From: Takakia lepidozioides | Taxonomy: Eukaryota > Plantae > Bryophyta | Direction of reading: 5' to 3' | DNA: 64,000 nucleotides | NCBI GenBank assembly: GCA_030704615.1 | Contig: CM060731.1 | Coordinates: 33,728,001-33,792,000 of the forward strand | Part shown: positions 12,311-25,167 of the stretch, in pieces | Layout: every line of letters begins with the position of its first letter | Position numbering within the stretch: position 1 is the first letter of the stretch | Translations under genes and position numbers: made by a program | The notes under the pieces: model-generated | Databases searched by the model: none | What the model saw: the letters and a program-made list of their open reading frames with translations, nothing else | What the model was told of the DNA's origin: nothing

Positions 12311-13469
12311 GTTGCTGGAAGGAATTCGAATTGCGCAGCCTTGCTCATTAAATGAAGTAGCCGTCGTGGTATTTTGAAACAAAATCCGCCCCAAATCTGC
12401 CCTATGCCTGCTCTTTAGGTGATTAATTAAGTGCAAATCATGATTACAATAATATATTTGATTTGTTCAAAACCGTGCAGTTATAAATCCAATAAGTACA
12501 TGGATGTGTACACGTTCAGTTGTAAAACCACCCTATCTATAGGTAATTCTGGCCATTGGTAGACCTTAAATAAATCACTTCATTCTATCCATCCATTCAA
12601 GGACCTATGAAGTCACTTTTATACACAAAAATAGGGGTCCATTCAAGGTCACGCTCATATTTGGGTGTTTCTACCTTAACATGCGGTTCTGGTTATTTGA
12701 AATTTTATAAATTCTAATAACCTGTCGGTTATCGATAACAGAATTTTTTCAATGGTTATCAATAAGTCCAATTATTTCTTGAATGATAACTGGCGGTTAT
12801 ATATACCGGTTCTCGATTGCTGATAATTAGGATAAAGACCATTAGTCACATTTAATATTATATATATAAGGTGATAATTTAATTATTTTAACAGATCATG
12901 TGCAAGTGAAAACAGTTTAAGGGCCTGCTGTAGGGCCACGCCCTATGTGGCCCGCATTTAAGGCCTGCACCTGCCCCCCCTCCTCGCTTGATACCCCACG
13001 CCCCCAAATAAATATAAATAATATATGTACATACATATAACCGGCATTGTTATTTCCCTTAACTCCCTTATCTCTGTCCAGTTATTTATTATCTTATAAC
13101 CTGCGGTTATCAATGTAGCCCGGTTATCAGAAACCACGGAACCACAGGTTATCAATATCATATTTTTTTCGAAAATTTGCCAGTTCCGGTTATCAATATA
13201 TTGATAAACCGGGTTGATAACCTGGTTTTAATACCTGAAAACCTAATAACCGCCTAACACTGGTGTTGACACCATCAGCTTTAAGATATGCTTGAATTTA
13301 TTTGAATTTATTTTTAGAAATAAAGTTTTATTTATTTATTTTTGCGCTTTAATTGTTGACGCCATCAACTTCAAGATATACTTAAATTTACTTATTATTA
13401 AACCTAATTTAATTTAATTTAGTTTATTAACTTATTTTTTATTTCCCCCCCCCTCGGTTGGTTGGAAAA

Positions 13470-13846
13470 ATGGTGTGCGTCAACGTACACAATTTCGTTA
13501 ACGCACACCTTGGTGGAATCTGCATGCTTTGTGCTCGACTACCAGGTACAATGCAAGTTCCGCATCTGGGATATGGTGGAGTGTACACAATCATGATATC
13601 CATATCTGTTTTGGAGGAGAAGGCCTATGACATTATTCAAATTTCCCAAATTGCACATGTCCTGATTTTGTTAGCACGTTGTCGACTAGTCTGCGACAAA
13701 AAGGGAAGTTTGTTCAAAGTAAACATTTGTATTATATATTTTTGAACGGGATGGTTTGTGACCCCAAACGAGACTTTCATATTCACCAAGCCACTATGAG
13801 TTACAACAAGATGGATACTATACTTTTGCGGGATTATATCACCTAG
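13470..13846 (+). pseudogene. Mutator-like transposase C-terminal SWIM zinc finger, frameshifted
   Basis: VPHLGYGGVYTI...AYDI/NFPNCTCPDFVS...KFVQSKHLYYIF...IHQATMSY, homologous to the ORFs at 23431-23946 and 30512-30838. Confidence 0.85.
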
Positions 13847-14268
13847 AGTAGGAGCACTTCGGCATTGCAGGAAAAATATCTCGTTCGCGGTTCAGTGTTT
13901 CTTCTATGGATGTAAATGCACCACCACTCGCATTGTATGTCTGAAGATGATATTTCCTTGCTATGCTTTAATATGAAGACATTCTTCTCAAGAGATATGT
14001 GTTCAAGTACGTAAGGCCCATGGTGCAGTACATGGATTGAGTTACAACAGAAAAAATGAGGCTACACAACCAAGTTCAGTGTTGGAACGATCCAATTATT
14101 TGGGAATAAGATAGTCCAGTCTTTACTGGTGTAATGCACTCTCCTTCTATTCTTCCTGTGTCGGTTTCATTGAAAAGAATTCGCCAATATAGATTGAACA
14201 TTTTTCCACAGTTATTGGCCCCTTGGGTATAGGTGCCCTTTCTGCCGCCACATGCTATGTACACTCAT

Positions 14269-14337
14269 GCTGATGTGGCGTGAGCGTAGGCTCAGGCCAC
14301 GTCATGGCGCTTGAGCCTGGTTCACGCCACGTCAGCA
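14269..14337. repeat. GC-rich imperfect inverted repeat, probably a DNA-transposon subterminal region
   Basis: GCTGATGTGGCGTGAGCGTAGGCTCAGGC ... GCTTGAGCCTGGTTCACGCCACGTCAGC. Confidence 0.6.
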
Positions 14338-16119
14338 AAGTGTGAGCTTGGGCTCACACGCTCGCGGCCCACGCTCACGCACTTGGGCCAACGGCATAGG
14401 CTACCCCAGAGGTCGCACTTGGGCCTCGACATAGGAGACGCACTTGGATACATTACTACTCAATAAATTCATGGAAAAAAATAAATTGGTTTTTTCAATA
14501 TATGATTGTGTATACAGAAGTACTAATGTAAACTTTTAACTCTTTCATCAAATTCCAATCTCTGAATCGCATTACATTGTTGTTCATTTTGTTCATGTTT
14601 ATAATATTCTTTAAACATTAGTTCATCCATGTACCACAAATTCTTGGACAGATAGGGGATTGCACTTGGACTTAGATGACACTTGACACTTGGGCCAATG
14701 GCACAGGCTACTCTAGTATTGATTAAAAAAATGCATTAATATTAAAATTACTAAAAAAAGAGATGGGACCGCTAGCCATGGTTATAAAATACAAAAAATC
14801 AGGCGGGCCAATGGCTTCTTAGGAAAATGAATGAAAAATGGGGACTGCCAGCCTTGGCGGACCCCATTTATTTAAAAATAATTATAATAAATATGCGAGG
14901 CCAATGGCGCCTCAAAGAAATAAAAGAAACCATTTAAAACTGGGGATTTTCCAATGGTAGTCCCCTTCAAAACAAATAGCTTAAAATGTCGCGGACCAAT
15001 CGCGCCTCACATAAATAAAATAAAATAAATCAGAACTATGGACCGCCAACACTGACGGTTCCCACATATATGTTCATGTAACAATTAAAAAATGGAGAGT
15101 TTGAATAGAATGTTGCTAGGCTTTGGCCCTATTAGCTATTATTATTTTCTTTCTTTAAATGGATGTCATTTAGTAATTCTACATTTGATTAAAAGAAGTG
15201 ATGACACTATTGTTACTGTAGACGCATGAGGCACCATTAGGCCATGACACATGTAGCCCACGAGCATGAAAGAAAATAAAGAAGATGACATAGGGCCGAC
15301 CCCGCCTCTGTAGGTAATTTAATTAAATCCCTTAATGTCATTTTTGAACTAGACTTCTAATTATTTGCAGCTAAGATTTAGGTGCATATTTATATGTCTA
15401 TAAACATTACTTCACATTCTTCCAATTTTCAAAGTCGCCTTAATAGTTCTCATTTAAATTTGCTATTCTATCTCACGCTCAGGCAAAATCCCTTTAGTAC
15501 ACCCCAGTAAGTTGAATTTACCTATGAACTCTATTAAGTATAGCTTGGCGGAGTCTGACAGATACACCTCCGAGTGTATATCCTGACATATTTCGACAAA
15601 TACACCTCAGCGGAATCCGATGATGTCTTCTATGCCTGGATGAACATACCCCGGACTCGTATACCACGAATGAATATTTCCCTAACTCCCTCGACTATAC
15701 CCCAGATTCTGCTAGCTACATCCAGGACTCTCCCAACTATATCATAGGAGGCGCGTGCTAGACCGGGAGCCTACCAACATGAGCTTGTGAGCCCGTGTCT
15801 GGCTAGGCTCATGTGAGCCTACCGTCTCGGAAGCATGGGGGCCTATAACTGCGGGGGACACATATTACCGTGGGAACCTAAACTCTAAGTCCTAAACCCT
15901 AAACCCGATTTGGCTTTGCTTTGTCATCGACCTTCCCAACCTTAGCTTTATCACTGACATTTTTCTCCAGGCAGACCTAATCAAACCACATTTTAAAATT
16001 CATAGGTTTTTTTTTTACCACTTATTTGTATTGAAACGTTTTTTTCCCCACAACAACGTCCTCAATTGCCATCTTCTTGTCTCCATACATTGGTTCTCAA
16101 ATGGAACAAATTTCTCATA

Positions 16120-17260
16120 TAGGTACAGTCAGTGTCCCTTGGGAATTATGTCGTCAAATGCATTGTTGTATATGCAACGTGTTCTTTATGTCTTAATTTT
16201 TCACATAAATCAACAAACGCTACTAAAAGTAAATTATATGTTTGCTCATGCATACTCAGCTACTCAATTGTCAAATCACTGTACTTACGTCCCTTGGGAG
16301 TTATTCTCCTTCCTACCAACGTATTATGACAAATGCGGTGTATGACATGCAGTCCAAGGATTAGACTTGCAGGTCCTCATGATGGAATCCTGAAATCGCA
16401 TTGTGTTCCTCAGCCTATTTTAGAGGATTCATGGTTGACAGTGCTCAAGCCAATTTCAATGTTGTGTGCGTATGTATTTGACTTTGATCTGAAGGTGCCT
16501 ATACTCGATAGAGAGCACATATGTCTGTTCCACTAGATACAATCGCTCAAAAAACGTAAAAAGTCGGACATAAAGCCTGAGCATTAGGCGTATATTAGGT
16601 TGTATAAATAACAGAAGAATGCAACAAACTAGACTCCATATACTAGACATTGCGAGCGTGATGGTTGTTGTTGGGTCGGAGAACAGTATAAGAGCACTAC
16701 ATGAGTGGCTTGTGTTTTAGCATTTTTGCTACAAACATTGGGGGGCTTGCATGATAGCAATAAGTTCATCTTCTTCCCCGGTTGTCCTTGCAAGTTTCGA
16801 CTACAAATACCCAGTTAAAAATGAGTGCGTTGACGAACGCAATTCGGCACACTCCCTCACAACTATATAGGAAGAGTCATCTGCATAAAGCATGTTGCGT
16901 GGATTAGTGTTGTGATTTCCGACATAGCTTGGAAAATGCATGCGTCAATGCACGCTATTCTGTTTCATGTTGGAGACATGTTTGTCACAACTATAGAGTT
17001 CAAAAGTCATACAGAAAATAGTCAGTTTGTCTTTATAAATGGACCATTCTCTTGTTTCATCAAAGTTTTTCAACCACATTGCTTATTCTTTTTTCTTTGC
17101 AAACCATGCCATTTCAGGATATTGCATATATGCCTTCATGCAATCTTGCTAAGAGCATGCACAATGTATGGTTGCAACAATAATTAGGAAAATCTGGACG
17201 TGACTTGTATATAGAAACACCGGATATAATGCTCGTTAACATTGGTGGTCTGACGTCAAA
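16120..17260 (+). pseudogene. Decayed Mutator-like transposase DDE core
   Basis: YQRIMTNAVYDMQSKD, GFMVDSAQANFNVV, REHICLFH, SDIKPEH and MPSCNLAKSMHNVWLQQ-GKSGRDLY all match the copy at 30480-36019. Confidence 0.85.
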
Positions 17261-19294
17261 TACAAATATGATTGGCTATTGTTCACAGGGTGAAACCTGT
17301 TGTCATTATCTCTCCTCCGTCACTTAATGTGTCTTTGTGGTCGGGTTCAAATCCTGATGTAGAACTACATTCATTGATAACCATGAAAATGTAAGACTAC
17401 TAAATTAATACAAATAATATCATAGTTACATACAACAATGATGTTTTCAATGTTTTTGCAATTTAAGGACATTGATATTGGGAAGAATAAAGATCATGTG
17501 AAGCAGATGGCCCATAAGCTAGTTGACACTAAGAAGATCAGCAATCCTGAAATTTCCGAAAATCGAGGTACTCGCCACCAATTGTCTGATGTTTCAGAAG
17601 GTTTTCGTACTAGAGATGCACGAGATGATTTACATATATTGCGAGAGACTTTGTGGTCTAAAGACTTTGAGATCTCGGTGTGAATCTGGATCATATAGAT
17701 GATCTCCAGCACTGTCTTTGCCCGATGAGAAAGAAAGTTGATGGTTTTATTTGAGAGATTATTGACATTCATATAACGTCTCATGATAGACAACTCACAT
17801 TCAGAGAGAGAGAGAGAGAGCATCTCATGAGAAAGAGAGAGCAAGCGGTGAGGCGCGATAAAGACTATGACATATGTTGCATTGTTGTCAAACTGTTTTG
17901 TCCCTGTTGCTTGTATTCATTGAGTGGTGCAATCTAGTCATATTCCTCTAATGAGCCACAAGTATCTCGGCTATAGATATCTTGTCGGCCGAGATATTTG
18001 AGACTTGATATAATAGGTGCAATAGTTCAAGCCCATCAGACAGATGTTGAGGGGGGTTGTACAAGATTCACGGATAGGTTTGACACTAATTAGGGATTGA
18101 CTCTCATTAAAGATTATTTGTCGGTCTTCCACCTTGTGGCATATCACATAGGGTGGATGTTGCGAGTCGTATTAGAGATATAGTTGTCAGGTTGCGGGTT
18201 CCGATCACCACATTTCATAACTTCCATATCATATCACCATTACTAGTCGTGGGTTTGGTATTCAAGGTGATTGTATTAGACAGATCAACATCTGAGATTG
18301 CAAATACACAGTCGAGAGGTGAAGCTAGAGGGTCGACAGACTTAAGCTAGAGAGAGGGGGACGAGACTTGATAGTTCAGAGATGAGCGTGAGAGACATGG
18401 GTTAGCTTGAAAGAGCGACACGAGAGACTAAAGTTGATTATCAAGAAATATGAGTTCTTGACAGCTTGAGCTCCAGATAGCGATACGGGAGGTGGAGAGA
18501 GAGTGGTAGGTCTTGACTGAGAGACAAAGACATTTGGCGGATGATACAACTATGTTATGAGACCCTCGAGACCAGTCATAGTCATTTGCATGTTATGATC
18601 ATCATAGCCCGCATACGCCCTCTCAGTAGCCATGATCCATACTCGATCCATCGGAGATAAAGATGGACATCAACTTTATTCACAGTTCCATTCAAATCTC
18701 GCATGAGCAGTGGACAATTGTTACTTTCACAATGGATGGCACGATTGGTAGGCGAGTTCATTTAGCTCATGTTCTTCCTTGGGATGCATCCACCACTGCT
18801 TCAGTCACTCTTGTTTTTACATTTGGATCAGGTTGAATACACTTGAATACTGATAAATAATTAGTTCATGCTGAAAGACCTAGTATATAATGTGGACTCA
18901 ATATTAATAATTCGATCTCGGGAGACGCGATGTCGGAGCTCTGTGGTTTGCGGTGAGAGTGCGCCCCCAACGGTCTCCCTTCCGGGCCTCTCCATCGCAT
19001 ACATCGGCTACCTCCCTATCGTTTGGGGGAAAAACCAATAGCATAACCCAAACCTCAGGAGCTTCAGCTACGTGGGATACTAACTTTATTGATCACTTCT
19101 CAGTCTGGATCACAGAAATTCAAGTTTCCCATTTTGCAAACCCACCATCATCACCTCTTCATCCTGGATCTCTCTCTTAACTCTCCCACAAGTAAGCGGC
19201 GCATTTCAAAGCCCCTGCAGTCGCCGTCAACTTCATGACACTTAACTTCGCCCCTGCCACCTAGTCGGGGCCCCCAGTGGCCAAAACCAGCTAC

Positions 19295-21472
19295 TGTAGT
19301 GTGAAAAGAAGGGGGCATAAATCCCCTTCTAGTTAACTCCTAAATTGTTCCTTACCCAAATACACACTTACTGCCCTAAGACTCACACCACACTTAATCA
19401 CTCCTACTCTATTCATGATCAGAGATTGGGTACCCTCATCCACGCCGCAGCGGAAGAGAAGACATGGACAGGGGTTGAGAAGTTTCTCAAACTTATAACT
19501 TGGCTCATTTGTAAACAGGGTATTGCATATGCCAGGGTTCTATTTCCTAAATGTTTCAAGACATACATTATCACAAAATCAGGTTAGCCAGCACCCATGA
19601 AGGGCAATCCCTTCATAATACTGGCAGGCCAGTTCCATGAAATACACATCAAGTTTTATGGTCACTGGTTCAACTACAACGGGCTTTGGGTTTTTCACAC
19701 ACACATAGCCTCACTTTGATGATCCACCATTCCTCTTTCAAGATCTCTTTTCCCCATCCCTTTGCATCAAGGACATATGACACTTTCAACCCTCTCAATC
19801 CCTTCTTGCAGATACAAAATGGGCTACCAATAATCACCCTCAAGTGATCTTCTCTGTTGCAGCCCTCAGCCCCTGCATGCTTCTCAGTAATCATGCAATC
19901 AGCAGCCAACAGGTTTACTTCCACCTGATTCATTCTCTCTGAAAATGCTACTGCCTAACCTAATTATATGCATGTTGCCCTCATTGTAAGTCATGGGCAC
20001 TTCTTCTTTACTCAACCTCATTCACATCCTCCCAAAATAGGAAGCATCCTATGTTTAAGAACTGACTTCCCAACTTCTTGCAGCACTCCACATAACTTCC
20101 ACCGTGCCTCACTTTCTCTCTACCACCAGGACTGGTATGAATTCCAGAAGTCTCCATTCCATTTGCCAAAATCTTTTTCTATCTCCCTCATTTCCATTGA
20201 GAGTATCTCTACCAAAATTCCATAGCAACTATCCCTAAGTAAGAGAAGAGACCTGCATCTACGAACTTAGCTCTCTTATACTCCAGCTGAAGCGGTGGGA
20301 TTGCCTGCCCGAAATGGCACCTCACCATCTCTGTCAGCAGCTCCCCTACTCCTCTTGTCGTCTGAATGCCACGTTGTAAAACAAAGATCTATGCATGTCA
20401 GATCCTGTCATTGCTCTGCCACTCCACCTTTCAGATATTTCGTCGATTCAAGCGTTCAGTGAGTCATGACGGCTCTGTTTCAACCTATGGCAGTAACCTT
20501 GTCGCTTGCCAACTAACTACCCTATCCTACTATCTCTGCTAATCTACCCTACGATCTGATATGATAACAAGCAGACAGTCATCATCTGAAAGCTTCTTGC
20601 TCTATACATTTCACTCCTTTGCCTCCTTATTTACAGATAACCTGTACCACTGTCCACAAGCCAACGCCCTCATGCTGGCGATTGCATCAATCAACATGTG
20701 GTCAAGTCAGTAATCCCATCGCTGCCCGTCATCTGGCAGCAATTGCTTCTCCCACAAGTGCAGCTTTCAATAATCGCACATGAATGCAATGGCGGCAGTA
20801 TCAGTTTGCACTCCCTACCTCTGGCAGATGCTCGTCGTGATGGAGCTACTCCATTACTTTAACTAGCCTTTGATTGTGCCAGCAACCCCACCTTTCTATT
20901 CCCTGTCAGCAGGCCGTTTCCCTTGCAAGTTCATCCTCCCTGTCATCGTGGTCATGAGAGTAACGACGGCACTGCCGCCCCTCCACCGAGCTGCTTTCCC
21001 CGCAACTCCTACATCTTCAGAGGTCAAATCACAGGCAGCACCGCCTCAATGCCTTCATTACTTCTGTCAGTAGCACATGATATTACTTGCCCTTCATGAA
21101 TCGTCCTGCAACACTCCCTCTCTTCAAAACTATGAAACGATTACTGCATCGCCTCCCTTCACCTGGCTTGAGCAAAATTACCTAGTTGTTCCCTGCACGA
21201 TTATCCTCCAGCAAGCCCTAAGCTTCCTCGACCCGTGTTTCTATGGTAATCACCAGCGATGAAAGCCATTCATCCTATGGATGAAAAAGGCGCATTTCAT
21301 GACTTAGCCACATTTTGTCCTGGCAGCGTAATAGCATATTGTGCCCATGGAATTAACTGTAGGCATGGATACTTCCCTCCTTGTTATTAGCACCAGGGCT
21401 CTCCCTTTGTAGTAATGCCGAATCCTGATGCCAAACAATATTTCACTGTTACTCCCCTGCATTCACACTACA
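19295..21472 (-). mobile_element. 2178-bp TG...CA element (solo LTR or Ginger-like), copy 1
   Basis: Termini TGTAGTGTGA / TCACACTACA. 4-bp TSD CTAC (19291-19294 and 21473-21476). Ends homologous to 31987-34172. Confidence 0.85.
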
Positions 21473-21651
21473 CTACCCCAAACCCCCTCCACACTCTCAC
21501 TATCGTTTCTCACCCACTCTCTAAGTCGTCCCGTCTCAGCTCTTATCTCTCAAAACTCTATTCAGTGCTCCACTGCGAACAGTCTTGTTTTCGTGTCTTC
21601 TTCTTAACTCTCCTTCCTAAGTTTCTCTTCTCCCCGGTATGGGTCCTCTCA

Positions 21652-23050
21652 ATGCCTCGCAGCACTGTCGCAACTCCAACTCCTGGAAACGGAGCCATCC
21701 AGCCCCATCCAGAACCCCGCTGATCACCCGACCCCAGCCATCCTCAGGAACATGATTCTTCCTGACCCACCAGGCTCAGGCGATCCTTCCACATCAGCTT
21801 CAGGCCAGGAGGTCAGACTCCCCCATGCTCGTGTCACACCATCTACAGACCAGGAGGCCGGGAACCCCCATATACAAGATACAGCCCGCACGTTAGCAAG
21901 TACAAGCTCGTCAGGGGGAAATCGCTCCAACCATGGACAACACACCCCTGGACGAACATGCCTTTCTGTTGAAGGAAGATTTGGAAGAACATGAGGCGAT
22001 GGCATGCGAATGGGATCTTATCTCCATGAATGTACCTCAGATGCGCAAGAGAGTGGTATCTATGGAAGAAAGAGGCATCCTGGCCCACTTTCTAGGGAGA
22101 AAAGTTGGCCGAGCATATGTCCGAGACTGGGCGACTCGCCACTTTGGGGGAGCAGGGAGCTAAAGCAACACTTCTGCCACTACAAGGGTAGGGGGTTTTT
22201 CTCAATTGCATTTGAAAACCAGGCAGCTGCAGCACAAGCCCTCAATTTTAATCCTCACCTATATGGGTTCAACGTCAATATCTTCCCTTGGTCATCCAAC
22301 ATGGGCAACCGGAATGGAAAATTGTGGGGACCAAGAATTGTATCAGTACCATTCATTCCAGATCAATATCTACCCAACCTCCCTGATATAGCCAACCACT
22401 TTGGGTTTTATCTGGGCTGCATCTCAGTATTCGACCCCTTCATGTGTATGGACAATATCTCGAACGATCCGGCTTGGAGAGCCACCACCATTGCCTCAAG
22501 AGTGAATGACTTGGGTAGTGCAAAATTTGATTTAATGATGCCGATGAGGCTGTCTTTCCGCCCTATGTCAGGCTACCAATTGATGAGGAAGGTAACTACT
22601 TCACCATCAGGCTTATTGAGGATACATCATCACAAGCGTGCTTCAACTGTGGAAAGTTGGGCCACATCAAAGCACAATGCAAAGCACAGAATAGGAGAAG
22701 ATCCAGTGTCAAAAACCATCATACAACCCCCCAATCGGCCAACAGGTATGATGCAAACACACCACCAAGGCAGTCTGCAAGCTTTGTAAGGAGGGAACAG
22801 CCAAAGGGCCTCTCCCCAACCGATTTGCTGCAGATGCATGGGCTTGCCGAGGAGGAAGCAACACAGCCCAAAAGCACCAGCCCCTTACTCAGAGTAAACA
22901 AAAAGCTAAGACAACATGATGATCCTATGCAAGCGGAAGCATCACCAAAAAAGGCTTCTTGGAATTCCAAAGGGAAATGGATCCCAATGCAGAATGCACT
23001 ACCTTCTCCAACTCCACCCCTGGCGGACACAGGTATCCTCCCCAACCAGC
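21652..23050 (+). pseudogene. L1-clade LINE ORF1 (DUF4283/RRM-like plus CCHC knuckle), frameshifted, ORF2 absent
   Basis: EERGILAHFLGRK..VRDWATRHF, KGRGFFSIAFEN..AAAQAL, NIFPWS, and zinc knuckle CFNCGKLGHIKAQC at about 22640. Confidence 0.75.
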
Positions 23051-23430
23051 GTAGCTACGGCGTGAGCCCAGCCCCATGAGCCTGGGAGCTGAGCTCACGT
23101 TGTAGCTGCAAAGCGTGAGCGGCACAAATCTGCTGGAGAAGCAGGTCCTATAGGCGAGGATTGCAAGAAGAGGGCCTATTACCGTGGACAAAACAAAGGG
23201 GGCCACCATGTCTGCAATGCCTGCACAAAAAGAGGAATATGAAAATATGGCAGAATTGAGCTCAGAATGATTGACACACTTTATTTCAATTCATAGATAG
23301 ACGCTTTCAATGAATGGCATGTGCATTTGCCCTGGTTCCGTGAACGAAATGTATGTGTTTGTCCTAAATGCAAAGTCTTCACACGGTAACCTGGAAACCA
23401 GCGTGGGAAGCGGGCATGGCTCGTATGTGT

Positions 23431-24147
23431 TCAAAGAGAATTTGGCGGAGCCCTACGTGAGGTGTCCCGTTGCAGAAGGGTGATGACTTCTCGGTAGCCT
23501 AGTGTGGCTTGGTGAATGAATTGGTTTCTCTTACCGTCGCAACACATAATTACAAGGTATATGTAATATTGATGCTTGCAGGGGACCCACTTCCCTCTCA
23601 TGCCGAGAGCGCCCTCATGCATCGTTACAAAATCCGGACAAGTGCAAGTAGGGAAATTCCCCACGGTAACTTGATATTCTTTGCCATGAAGAACTGAGCC
23701 AATAGACAGCACTGTGTAAATCCGTCCATACCCCGGGGCAGGGACTTCGGTGATACGAGCCACCCGAGCCTGCAAAATTCTAGCCGATTCCATCTTGCAT
23801 TCGTGATCTGCACCCGAAGCGACACGGCGCACTGTTTTTTCCATCTCTTTTTGTTGGGTGGGAGTCGGCACCGGGTGGAGGCATTGCCGGAGCATGTGGC
23901 ACATCTGTGCCGACAGTGCATAAGGGCACCACTTGGGATCGTGCAAGACAAAACCCTCCCTCCTCCAGCATGCTTATCTCGGTTGTTGACAGCGACGTCC
24001 CAAGTTTCACAGGCCAAATTGCGGGGGGAGGGGGTTTCATTATCACCAAAGGACAAACTGTTCCCTTGACGCATCGTGCCATATCGTCTGGGCAGAACCA
24101 GAACTTGTGGTCCTTTGACTCCCCACTATGATAAGGTCGGAACAACC
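23431..24147 (-). pseudogene. Mutator-like transposase C-terminus with SWIM finger, cut by an LTR at 24148
   Basis: KFWFCPDDMARCVKG...WPVKLGT and NFPTCTCPDFV...KWVPCKHQYYIY (CxC...CxH). Confidence 0.88.
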
Positions 24148-25128
24148 TGTCGCGCGGCTTTTACTCACCCATCCCTTCGCTATCCGAGGCGGAAACTCCA
24201 AGATAGAAGAGTTGGAAATCTCTAAGTACTCAGCCCGCGCAGAACAATCAGTCATGACCTACAGCTAGTGTATCATGGGGGTGTTTCCTATTTGTTTCCT
24301 TTTCCGCATTCATCTTAGCTACCTTACCATTTATAATTAAGTATCAGTTTGCTTCATCAATTTATCGGTTTCCTTCACTCCTCCATTCAATCCACAGCTT
24401 CACTCAGATCTCTCTACACAGTGTGATTGTATCGTATAATTATCAGATTATGATTTATCAGGTATCAGGCCGAAGCCATTGTGTCTCTATTCTCCTCTAC
24501 AATATCCCTACCGCTTTGCATATAACAAGCATCTACTAATCCTCTTTCCTCCTTCATCGTGCTCTCCGACCTCCGCTCCCGTCTGACTCCGAAATCCTCC
24601 TCCCCGAATAATAATCCTCTTCTCATTCCCCGTTCTTCCCTTTATCTTCCTATCCGTAGTTCTAACCGTTTCCCTCACTAACCGTCGCTTGTGAACTAAC
24701 ATGTTCCCCACAGTCGTTCCCTGTCCTGCTCTCCGTTCCCTATGATCGTGACTGCTGTGTCAAGCTGTGACTGGCTGTGTGAAACTGTGACGGGCTGTGA
24801 CTGGCTGTGTGGGCTGTGTGGGCTGTGTCGACTGTGTTTGGCTGTGTCAGGCTGTGACTGGCTGTGTCGGCTGTGTCGGGCTGTGATTGGCTGTGTGGGC
24901 TGTGTCGGCTGTGTCGACTGTGACGACTGTGATGGGCTGTGTTGGCTGTGTCGGCTGTGACGACTGTGACGGGCTGTGTCGGCTGTGTCGACTGTGACGA
25001 CTGTGTAACCCCCCTCTACAGTGCGTTGCTGTCACCCCTAAGGCTCCTGTTGGTCTCAGTCTGTGCAAAAATTAAGGGTACCCTACAGATCCCATATAAG
25101 TGTCTAAGTCCCCTACAGTCCTCTAACA
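24148..25128 (-). mobile_element. 3' LTR (981 bp) of an Athila/Tat-like Ty3/gypsy element
   Basis: Minus strand TGTTAGAG...GCGCGACA, preceded by a PPT. Homologous to 49639-50480. Internal GGCTGTG tandem repeats at 24750-25005. Confidence 0.88.
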
Positions 25129-25146
25129 TTTACCCCTTCCTCCCTC
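25129..25146 (-). promoter_or_regulatory. Polypurine tract
   Basis: Minus strand GAGGGAGGAAGGGGTAAA directly before the LTR TG. Equivalent tract at 50481-50497. Confidence 0.85.
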
Positions 25147-25167
25147 AAAAAGCCGTGTCCTCACGGT

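Larger units (their letters stand above)
6056..12676 (-). mobile_element. pogo/Tc1-mariner-like DNA transposon, 6.6 kb, with host-gene cargo
   Basis: Perfect 18-bp TIR AGGTAGAAACACCCAAAT / ATTTGGGTGTTTCTACCT, flanked by TA on both sides, enclosing a CENP-B/DDE_1 transposase. Confidence 0.88.
5986..13262. mobile_element. Non-autonomous hAT-type DNA transposon containing a nested pogo element
   Basis: 8-bp TSD GTGTTGAC (5978-5985 and 13263-13270). Imperfect TIR CAATGTTGTCGGTT / AACCGCCTAACACTG. Many CGGTTAT/ATAACC subterminal motifs at 12680-13260. Confidence 0.85.

Noticed and set aside
15875-15907. Telomere-like CCCTAAA heptamers
   Set aside because: Only about five degenerate units; common telobox-like motif, not a telomere
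18046-18062. Copia-like PPT plus LTR start (TTGAGGGGGGTTGT)
   Set aside because: No recognisable copia coding sequence or partner LTR
19295-21472. CACTA element, since the termini contain TGTAGTG/CACTACA
   Set aside because: The motifs face the wrong way for CACTA and the TSD is 4 bp, not 3
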